Shown: in pieces, positions 24,546-34,859 of the stretch
Layout: each line of letters starts with the position of its first letter
Numbering within the stretch: the stretch's first letter is position 1
DNA from: Chiloscyllium plagiosum
Lineage: Eukaryota
Length of the DNA stretch: 43,923 nt
Reading direction: 5' to 3'
Assembly: GCF_004010195.1 (NCBI RefSeq)
Contig: NC_057751.1
Coordinates: forward strand, 6,080,997-6,124,919
Position numbers and translations under genes: made by a program
Notes under the pieces: generated by a model
The model's database searches: none
Told to the model about the DNA's origin: nothing
Seen by the model: the letters and a program-made list of their open reading frames with translations, nothing else

Positions 24546-25272
24546 TGTGAGAAACAAAACTCACACACTTCAATAATTGCAGTCCGAGACAAAATCTGAA
24601 TCAGTAGTATCCTTTATTTTACTCTTGCAAGAGGGTGTGATGTCCATTGTCTACAAGGCAAGGGACACACACACCAAATTCAATTAATACACGACATTTA
24701 TATAATTTGGTTTCTTTTTTTTTCATTGCTCCTCCCCTGTTTACATCTTCTACTTCCCTAAGACCAGCACCCATTACTCCTGTTTATCTCTTGCCTTATC
24801 TGGCCTTGTCTGTGACAAAATGCTTTTGCTGGCCTCACAAGGCCGTTTGACCTCATCCTGCTGTGGGTCATTGTTAGGCATATCCTTTCTTCACCATTAT
24901 CTACTCCCTCCATCTGTACCTTCCCCTACCATACTGATCCTTATGACCCTTTTAATTGGGGTTTGTTCCTGTGTTTCTGTAAAAGTGGGAAACAGATGTT
25001 TATACCTACTGTTTGTACAGGCGTATCTAGCTTAACTTCCTCCCCTCACAGCATCTTATCTATTCGCCTGTAATATCTACCATTGTTTTGCAGTCACGTT
25101 TCATTCTTGCATACAATTTTAGCTAATACAAAAACAATTATGTATTTCCTCCACATAGTTTCCATTCTTGTTGACTCAGCTCTTGGCTAAAACAATTACA
25201 CATTGGTGTGAGTTCATTTACTTTGTATAAGTAATTAGAATTGCAGAAGTAACACTATATCTATATCACACA
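24546..25272 (-). mobile_element. Solo LTR, family A, 4-bp TSD CAGG
   Basis: Reverse complement of 17361-18246; TG...CA; CAGG at 24542-24545 and 25273-25276. Confidence 0.85.
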
Positions 25273-25414
25273 CAGGGAAATAAAATCCCACAAAAAAGAC
25301 TCATCTGGAAGCTGAAGACCCCACCCTTTGAAAAATAAACAAAAAATTACATTGTGCCTATCGTGATGTAAGGAGGTTCCATTCTTCAGTGTTTTTGAAG
25401 TCTGAATTATACGA

Positions 25415-25632
25415 AACTCGCAGAGGGTGGTGTGTGCATGGAATGAGCTGCAAAAGGAGGTGGTGGAGGCTGGTACATCTATAACATTTAAAGGCATTTG
25501 AATGGTTATATGAACAAGATGGGTTTCAAAAGATATTTGCCAAATGCTGGCAAATGGAACTAGATCAATTTAGAATACTGGGTTGGCTTGGACGAGTCGG
25601 CTGGAAGGGTCTGTGCATCTCTGTGATTCTAA
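25415..25632 (+). mobile_element. CR1 (HER1-type) 3' end
   Basis: cagagggtggtgtgtgcatggaatgagctgc...gtggtggaggctggtac is homologous to 8520-8750. Confidence 0.85.
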
Positions 25633-26309
25633 TCAAGGAAGTGTAGTGCCAGTTTATACACAGCAGGCGTGCACAGGGAACTATTGTGATACCTGTAAAG
25701 GCCATTAATTATAAAATGAAATTTGTATGTTGAGTTGATGAATGTACAAATGACTAAGCACATTTTGAAATGTTTACTACAACACAGGTTGAAAGCGCAA
25801 TTGAATGAACAATATTTTTGGAGGCAACTTACACTTCAAACCACAGAACAGAACTTGCAACAAAATTGAACAAAAGTCAACAGAAATGGATCACACTGTC
25901 CTTTACATACACATTCGGTTCCCCTGGAAGTAGACCAATATAGCTCAAAAGTCCTGCAAGCTTTCTTCTGTTCTTTTCCTTTCCCAGCCTGAAAACCTTT
26001 AACTCTGCAGTTGTATTTCATGGTGCAAATTTTCCTGGAGACTCCATCATCCAGCTAAAGCCAGACAAATCTTCTCACCTGGACTTTAACTCAGGAATTT
26101 AGTCTCACCAGATTGAGTAAGTGGGTATTCTGAGTATTCCAGATGAAGGACAGGAAAAAATTGTGGCTATAAGAACTGCTTCTTTTTTGAGGTATTTTCA
26201 GTTTTGGAGCTAATTTTCTTGATTTCTAGGAACAGTAATTACTGTTTTATAAGCTATTGTGTTGTTTTGGAACTTTGGGGAAAAAAAAATCAAAACAATG
26301 GCACTTTAC

Positions 26310-26465
26310 TGGATAGGAAGATGAATAAGAAGGGCTTAAAGGGATGTGGGCCAAATGCTAGCAAAAGCGACTAGATTTACTTTGGATATCTGGTTGGCAT
26401 GGACGAGTTGGACTGAAGGGTCTGTTTCCATGCTGTGTATCTTGATGACTCTATGACTGTATGAG
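26310..26465 (+). mobile_element. CR1 (HER1-type) 3' tail
   Basis: ggcatggacgagttggactgaagggtctgtttccatgctg...gactctatgactg. Confidence 0.85.
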
Positions 26466-27011
26466 CTCCACACATATCCCGGCATGGTAAACATAAAATC
26501 GTACAACCTCTGGTTACTTTCTCTTATGTGGAACCTGGCAGACCAACTTTGAGACTGTGCTGACAAGACATCATAGAAATCATTCTCTCAAAGCTCATGT
26601 CCATGAAAATACAAATTTCTTGGGACTTGGATCCAGGTAGCAATGCTGATTAGCTATCTTCAAGATTTAAACTCTCTTTTATCTTCCTTGTAATTAGAGA
26701 GTTGAAAGCAAAAATCTTTCTTCCAGTCTATCCCCGGTTAGTACACAAAATTCGGCCATTGTTACCAAGTGTAAGTACCTTGCACCTTCTTTAATGATAA
26801 AACCACCAAGGCTTGCTGTTAGGTAGACTTCAGAACAGGTCAGATGAGCCTCTTCATTTTACCTTAAATTCATATGAAAATGTTATATATCTAATATTTG
26901 TAACACAAAAATCTGATAATTGCAATCAGTGAACTCAGCAGGCATGGCAGCACATGTGGAGAAAGAAAGAGTGTGAACACAATGTTTCAGGGAGCTGGAC
27001 CTTTCATGAGA

Positions 27012-27420
27012 AATGTAATGCTGACCCTGCGTTTTGGTATTGTAAGTTAAGGGATGAGGTTTGACCAGTATGTCATTGAGTAGGACTCCCTTGGTCCTGC
27101 TGAAAGTCATGGAATCTTTCAAATCGGCTCAAAGACAAGACCTTGGTTTAATATCGCATCTGAAAGATGGCACTCCTGACAATGCAGCAGTCACTCAAAC
27201 TGCACTGCAATTTACAACCAAGATTGTATACTCAAGGCTCTGGAATGGAGATTGATCCCATGTCGTGAAGCACAACTCTTCACATTGCTGTTGGTCGGAC
27301 CTTGCTGCACACAGGTGAGTTTCTACATTATCACAGTAACACGAATCAAAAGCATTTAGTTGACTGTAAAGCATCCTGAAGTTGTGAATGACAATATGTA
27401 AGTGCAGCTACTCTCTTTTT
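27012..27420. mobile_element. LF-SINE-like element with 5' half inverted
   Basis: 27012-27262 matches the reverse complement of the recalled LF-SINE 5'/central part (catctgaaagatggcactcctgacaatgcagca); 27281-27420 matches its 3' part forward (cacattgctgttg...ctacatta...ctgtaaagc). Confidence 0.65.
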
Positions 27421-27649
27421 ATGTTCAGGTTGTCAGCAAAATGAATAGCGTGGAAACCCCAAAATTGCAGTAACTCCTTAATGTGGCATTTCCCAGCCAA
27501 ACCTGATCAAGGGACTGGACATGTGCTGTTGCTGTGAACCATTCCCCTCCCATTGCTTCTGACTCCCCAATTCTGTTCCTGCCTAAATCTCCCCTCGTCT
27601 TCCTTTCCACATGAGCTGCTTGCCTTTGTCTTGGTTCTCCATGATACTG

Positions 27650-28279
27650 TGTGATGACGCTGCCCCTTTAACAAGGTTATTTTGCTCTTGACATTTTTTG
27701 AGAGAAATTGTAAAGGCAGAGGTGCTGATATGTCTAAATTGGCTACTTTATTAATGGCAAACAGATACTGCCTAAGTCAACAATCAGAGGAGGCCTTAAG
27801 GGTTTTTTAAAACAAAACGTTGTGCAATGAAGGGGAGTGGCCAGTTCTGTCTATTCAGGGATTTTTCTAGTTTGGCTTAGTTTTAGCTGAAGACCCTGAG
27901 AAACTGCTGGGAACTAAAAGGTTCCATGTTTCAGCCAATAATCCCTGGCTGATCCTCTCTGCAATCTTTCTCTGCTGTCAGAACCTGTGTTTAAATTGAC
28001 CTTTTTGCCAAGGAATGTGCTTATGTGATGTAGCAGGAAATCGGAACAGCTCTTTGTTAAGTTGCGGGCGATATTGTGTCAGTCGGATTTTCAAATTGTT
28101 TCTAAATTCTGTTTTCTTTGCGTTTCATTCAGTAGTGTGTAAATAAGTTCTGTTTTGTTTAAAACTGAGTGGTTTGACCAGCTGCATCACTCCTGGAATA
28201 TCCACCTTATACCTGATTAAAACAACTAGAAAAGTAAGGGTCTGGGCTACCTTCTTAAAATGTTTTGAGGAGGTCTGGA
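27650..28279 (+). mobile_element. Solo LTR, family B, 3' tip deleted
   Basis: Starts tgtgatgacgctg; 28140-28275 is the reverse complement of 6035-6180; possible TSD ACTG at 27646-27649 and 28280-28283. Confidence 0.65.
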
Positions 28280-28885
28280 ACTGCTGGGTTCCTCTTCCAT
28301 CAGAAGCCATGGCCTGCTCTGTGTTGCTGGTCATCAAGGGCAAGAACTGCTGACCTCTCACTCCATCCCAGATGTTCTGATTCCAGAGTAAGGTCAATCA
28401 GTGTCTTTGTTAATGTCTGATTGGCTTATAATTTGGCACACCTTCCCTGGAAGAGGCACTGTGGGTCTCTTGCAGGCTGGCCAGCTTGCAAATGAGACAC
28501 TTGGTGCTGCCATGTTCATACTTTCAATCAGAAGTAAGTCAATAGCAATAAAATGGTGAAAGTCATGATCAAAGTTTGGTGACCACAACAACAGAAGTAT
28601 GGAAACATGTGACAGTGACTTGACAAAATGAAAAGAAAATGGGTGGAGTACACTTCACTCCTGAAGAAAATTATGAATGAAAACTGGCTGGTGGTCAAGA
28701 CAAATTTCAGAGGCAATACAACTTATCCAACCCTTGTCCAGTTTGAAAAGCAAAAAGGGATGAGTTTTGCTAAACCTGTTTCATATGGAATAAGGGTACT
28801 GGGGAAAGGCTTGTGTTTGAGTCTTGTAAACAATCAGAAAAGCTTTGGTGAGAATATTTCTGGCTGTTGGACAAAGATCACTCAG

Positions 28886-30497
28886 GTTCTGCTTTAAGCA
28901 GAATTTTGCCAGAGAGGTAACACCTATTCTGACAAGTCCTGACAAACCCATCCCAACAATCACAGCATCAGAGGTCAGATCAGTTTTCCTTTGTGTCAAT
29001 CCAAGGAAAGCGATGGGACCAGATGGAGTACCAGGCCATGCACTTAGATCATGCACAGATCAACTGGCAGGGATCTTCTTGGGCATCTTCAACCTCTCCC
29101 TGCAGCAGGCCACTGTCCCTGCCTGTTTCAAGAGGGCCAACATCATCCCTGTGCCTCAGAAGGCTCATGCAGTATGTCTCAATGACTACCGCCCAGTGGC
29201 TCTATCTTCAGTGATCATGAAGTGCTTTGAAAGGCTGGTCATGGCATTAATCAACTGCAGCCTTCCCACTACTCTTGACCCACTCCAATTTGCCTATCGG
29301 ACCAACAGATCCATGTCAGATGCCACATCACTTGCCCTTCACTCCTCTCGAGAACATCTTGACACCAAGAACAGCTATGTAAGAATCCTACTCATTGACT
29401 ACAGGTCAGCTTTCAACACTATTATCCCCTCGAGACTGATTACTAAACTTAGTGATTAATTCGGACTAAGCCCCACTCTCTGCGACTAGATCCTCAGTTT
29501 CCTGACCCACAGGCCAAGATCAGTGAAAATTGGTGCAATTTTTCATCCTCACTAACACTCAATACTGGAGAATCCCAGGCGTGCATACTCAGCCCCCTAC
29601 TGTACTCACTGTATACCCATGACTGTGTCACCAAATACCAGACTAATGCCATTTACAAGGTCACTGATGACACCAGCATAGTCGGTCGAATCTCCGATGG
29701 CGATGAAACAGACTACAGACGGGAGGTGGAAGACCTGGAAAAATGGTGCACTGAGAACAACCTACCTCTCAATGCCAGCAAAACCAAGGAACTCATTATT
29801 GACTTTCGGTGGGATGTTACTCATGCCCTCCTACACATTAACAGCACAGAGATGGAACGAGTGGAGAGTGTCAAGCTCCTGGGAGTGGTCATCCATACAA
29901 GCTTTCTTGGACTCTTCATGTGGACGCACTGGTTACAAAGGCCCAACAATGTCTCTTCTTCCTCAGGCAGCTGAGGAAATTTGGCATGATGGCGAATACC
30001 CTTGTCAATTTTTATAGATGCGCCATCGAGAGCATTCTGTCTGGATGTACCACTACATGGTATGGCAACTGTATCATTCAAGATCGGAGATGGTTACAGA
30101 GAGTGGTGAACTCGGCCTGGACAATCACCAAAGACCAACCTCCCGTCTATAGAGTCCATCTACCAGGCCCGCTGTCAAGGAAAGACAGCCAGCATTCTCA
30201 AAGATCTATCCCACCCTGGCAATGTTTTTCTATAACCTCTACCATGGGGAGAAGGTACAGAAGCCTGAACACACGAACCAGCTGGTTTCGTTACAGTTTC
30301 TACCCTACTGTTGTTAGAATACTGAATGGACTCACAAACTCTTGAACATTTGCCTATACCTGTGTTTTTGTTTTTGCCGCTGTTGACCTATTATTTACTG
30401 TGCTACTTAACTATGTGATCTGCCTGTATTGCTCGCAAGACAAAGCTTTTCACTGTGCTTTGGTACACGTGACAATAAATTGAATTCAATTCAACTC
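28886..30497 (+). mobile_element. Rex1/Babar-type LINE, 5'-truncated, frameshifted RT
   Basis: NPRKAMGPDGVPG..LRSCTDQLAGIF..IFNLSL..VPACFK..IIPVP..CLNDYRPVAL..MKCFERLV; WCTENNLPLNASKTKELIIDFR; KAQQCLFFLRQLRKF..FYRCAIESIL; ends AATAAA plus short aattc repeats. Confidence 0.9.
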
Positions 30498-30637
30498 GTA
30501 AACATAACAGTTTGGCAAGAGATATTTTCACAAAGAAACAACTGTCATCAGGGAGGGACAAAGTTATGATGGAATTGATTCTGGATATTGTACAAAGTAC
30601 TTTCATTTCCAAGTGAAGATGCACAACCTGTAATGAA

Positions 30638-33600
30638 ATAACAATCACAAAACAGGAGGTTATAGTTCTACATGTTTATTTGGAAGCACTAGCTTTCACA
30701 GCGCTGCTCCTTCATCAGGTAGGTGTGCGATAGGATCATAAGACACAGAATTCATAGCAAGAGATCACAGTGTCATGCACCTGAAATGATATATTGCAAA
30801 AACCTAGATTGCTGTTTAGTCTTTCATCTTTTCGAATGGGTTGCAGGTTTTGGTTCATTAATATGTCAATCCCTGAACTTCTTTTAAGTCACATTCTCGA
30901 GATAACGTAAGTTTTTTTTAAAAAAAAGGTGACATCTCAGCTCAGAGAATGCATTAAAGGTGTGAGGTTAGAGTCCGTCTGTATCCCAGTCTTGAGTCAG
31001 ACTGGATCTATTTCCAAAGTAAGAATTTATAATATATTACATGGATTGACTGCCGATTTTGACTGGCTGCAGGTTGTGCGCTTTTTGAGCAAAATAAAAT
31101 ATATCTGCAAATATAATTCTGCCAATGCCAAGGCTTAAACTGTCAGGAAATGTATAAATGCCAGATTCATCAGCCGCACCCACAAGCTAGAGCAAAACAC
31201 CACCCGATCACAATGCAACGCCAGCCATGCTCTTAAAGCCAATCGCAACATTGTCATCAAACGAGCAGATAAAGGAGGAGCCATTGTCATTCAGAATAGA
31301 CTGCAAGGAAATGTGCTGACAACTCAACAACCAGGAACATTACAGGCCAACCTGACCAAAGAACACACCTTTGAACTGAACGCATTGATCAAGACTTCAG
31401 AGTTCCCTTTGCACTCACCTACCACATATTTCTCACGTAGGGCACTTCTACTGCCTTCCAAAGATACACAAAGTCAAAGCACCTGGACGTCCCATTGTAT
31501 CAGACAATGGGACCCTGTGTGAGAACCTCTCTTGCTACATCGAGGGCATCTTGAAACCCATTGTATAGGGGCGCCCAGCTTCTGTCGCGACACTACAGAT
31601 TTCTTACGGAAACTCAGCACGCACAAAGTTGTTGAACTGGGAACATTCCTCATCACAACCATATTTAAACACTCTATACCAGCATCGTCTATGATGATGG
31701 CATCACTGCAACAGCCTCAGTACTCAATACCAACAACTGCCAATTTCTGAGCACAATCCTACAAATCACTCGCTTCATCCTCAACCACTTCGTTTTCACT
31801 TTTGACAACCAGTTCTTCATCCAGTCACACAGAACAGCCATGGGGACCAAATTTGCACCCCGATATGCCAACATTTTCATGCGCACGTTTTTTGCTGCAC
31901 AGGACCTCCAACCATCAGTATACATCAGATGTATTGACAACATTTTCTTCCCCTGGACCATGGCGAGGAGTCACTGAAACAACTGCACAGTGACATCAAT
32001 AAGTTTCATGTCACCATCAGACTTACCACGGACTACCCTTTAGTATCTATCTCATTCTTGGACACATGCACCTTCATCAAGCACCTCAGTATCTCACTCT
32101 ACTGCAAACCTATGGATAACCTCATGATGCTGCACTTCTCCAGCTTCCACCCGAAGCATATTAAACCAGCCATCCCCTACAACAAGCCCTATACATACTT
32201 AGGATCTGATTGGATGAGGAGGAATGTGACAGACACCTGGGTGCTCAAGGATGCCCTCATAAGAACAGGTAGAATGCTCAACTCATCAATTACCAATTCC
32301 AATGTGCCATGGTGAGAAACCATAATCACCTTCTCAGGAGGCAGACACGGGATGCAACCAATAGGGCACCCTTCATTGTCCTGGAGCGGAGGAACTACTC
32401 CATGTGCCTGCAACACATTATTGATGAAGATGAGCACAAGACCTTTCCTACACCTGCACTTCTCACCTTTAAACAGCCACCAAAGCTTAAACAGACCATT
32501 GTTTGCAGCAAACTGCTTAGTCTTCGGGACAACATGGGCCACAACACCACAACTCCGACATGGCAACCACTGGAAGACGTGTCAGAGTGTTGACATGGAT
32601 ACCACCATTACCGTGGGGACACCATCCATTATGTACGCGGCAGGTACTCATGTAACTTGGCCAATGTTGTCTCATGAGCTGCAGGCTAGGATGCCCCGAG
32701 GCATGGTATGTTGGCGAGAACAAGTGAATGGACACAGCGCAATAATCGCCAGACAGGGCTGTTACCTCCCAGTTGGGGATCACTTCAGCAGTAAGGAATA
32801 TGCGGCCTCATCTTCAGATGACCATCCTCTGAGGTGGACTTCAGGATATGCAACAACGCAGAGTGACCAAACGGAGACTGATAGCCAAGTTCGGTATCCA
32901 TGAGGGTGGCCTCAAGTGGGGCCTTGGATTCATGTCACACTATAGGTGACCCCATTACACTATATACACATACACAAGCACACATACATGTACACACACA
33001 CTCTTACATACACATGCAGATCCTCTCTCATACTCACTTTCTCTCTCATACACACGGGCATACAGCACCCACACTCACACCCACACACACACCCTCTCAC
33101 AGGTTTATACTCCATCACACTCACACCTACACTTTACCAAGCATGCACAAATGCAAACACACACTGTCTCACGCGCACTCACACACACGCACTCACATGC
33201 ACACATTCACATACTCTCTCTCTCTCTCATGCACACACACATATAAGTCTATGGGGTGAATTTGCATTTGCAGAATTATATCTGCAGATACATTCTATTT
33301 TGCTCAAAAAGCGCACAACCTGTAGGCAGTCAATGTTGAAAATATCACAAGTCTGACTCAAATTGGGATACAGACAGACTCTAACATCACACATTTAATG
33401 CATTGTCTGAGTTGAGGTGTCACCTTTTTTTATATAAAACCTTAAGTTATCTCGAGAATGTGACTTAAAAGAAGTTCTGGGATTTATATATTAATGAACC
33501 GAAACCTGCAACCTATTCTAAAAGATGAAAGACTTAACAGCAACCTAGGTTTGTTTAATATATCATTTCAGTTGCATGACACTGTGATCTTTTGCTCTAA

Positions 33601-33751
33601 ATTCTGTGTCTTATGATTCTGTCCCACAGCTACCCGATGAAGGAGCAGCACTCCGAGAGCTGGTGCTTACAAGTAAACCTGTTGGATTATAACCTGGTGT
33701 TGTGTGATTTTTACCTTTGTCCACCCCAGTCCAACACCAGCTCCTCCACAT
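30638..33751 (+). mobile_element. Penelope-like retroelement: inverted pLTR, decayed RT and GIY-YIG, pLTR, tail; 11-bp TSD
   Basis: IVIKRADKGGAIV (about 31250), TAMGTKFAPRYANIFM (about 31835), degenerate YIDD (about 31930), GIY-YIG remnants at about 32680-32920; 30641-31130 is inverted relative to about 33255-33710; TSD cctgtaatgaa at 30627-30637 and 33752-33762. Confidence 0.9.
32955..33245 (+). repeat. CA/CT-rich low-complexity tract inside the Penelope element
   Basis: Imperfect (CA)n and (CT)n. Confidence 0.9.
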
Positions 33752-34859
33752 CCTGTAATGAATTTTGGCAGACCCACTGAACCCTTCTTGCAGGCTCCTG
33801 TGTTGATGGTATACCCCAGTTGAGAATTCTTGGCCTGGTAATGACCTGGTATTCATTACAATATTAAATCTGGTGATTGGGAAGGAGAAGCTTCTGCTGT
33901 CCTGAAATGTCAATGAAAAGCTCGTGAATGGGCTGACAAATACAAAGTCTTTCAGTGTACCTTCATTCCCAAGATTTTATGCATGAAGTGACATTTCTGA
34001 TATTTGGTTGAAGACAATGTGTTGGCAATATCAAGGAGCCAGCAGTAAGTTTAATGAATATTAAGTACCTGAGTTGGATGATAAAGCAAATGCATTTCAG
34101 AGAGCGAATCAAATAGCTTTTATTTATGTAGCATCTTTAATGCAGAAAAATATCCTGAGGCAGTTTGTTCTGATGTACCTTGGTCAAAGGCTGTTGGGGT
34201 TGCATCCTGGAAGAACTTGCCTGAGATGCAAATAGAGTTTTAAAGTAAGCATGCATTCACATTGCCTCAAGCAGGAATAAGCATCAGCTGAACTGAAGGG
34301 ACAACAGTATGTACTGCTTGCCATTAATTCACCTTTTTACGATAAGATCGAAAAGGGGTGGTCATTTTAGCCAAAGGGTGAAAACATTGGACACAATCAT
34401 AAGAAGACTATGATGAAACACACAACATTGCTTGTAATTGCTGATCCTCATGATTTTGAACTTTGCCGAGGGATGCCAACCAGAAAATGTGGGTGGGGTA
34501 TTCATGCCCACTTCCACTGAAGGTTTGGAATGTTCTTGCTGGGAAGCAGAAACATATTGCAGGCTGGTTCAGGGCCTGAGGGAGAAGGCAAAGATAGTCA
34601 CAGAGAGAGTTCCTGAGGAACTGGTGGAGGAGACCAGGAGGATCTGTGAGGGATAGTGGTGACTTGGGGGGGAAGGAAAAACATTGTTTCAACTCCTGTC
34701 CCTTGCTCTTGAATGCAGCCAGCTGCTGCTCTAGCTGACTTCCTCACCCCTCTCCTATTCCAAAGAGCACACCAGGCAAGGTGCGTATCTTGTTACTTGG
34801 CTATTCCAATAAAAGAGTGTTGACAAGACAATACGCTTGAAACTTTAGAATGAGTCTTT

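Noticed and set aside
29920..30345. ORF resembling the DUF1891/ALKBH8 N-terminal-like segment
   Set aside because: It is the C-terminal part of the Rex1/Babar RT ORF, not a host gene.
32900..33356. His/Thr-rich ORFs
   Set aside because: Translation of CA-rich low-complexity DNA.
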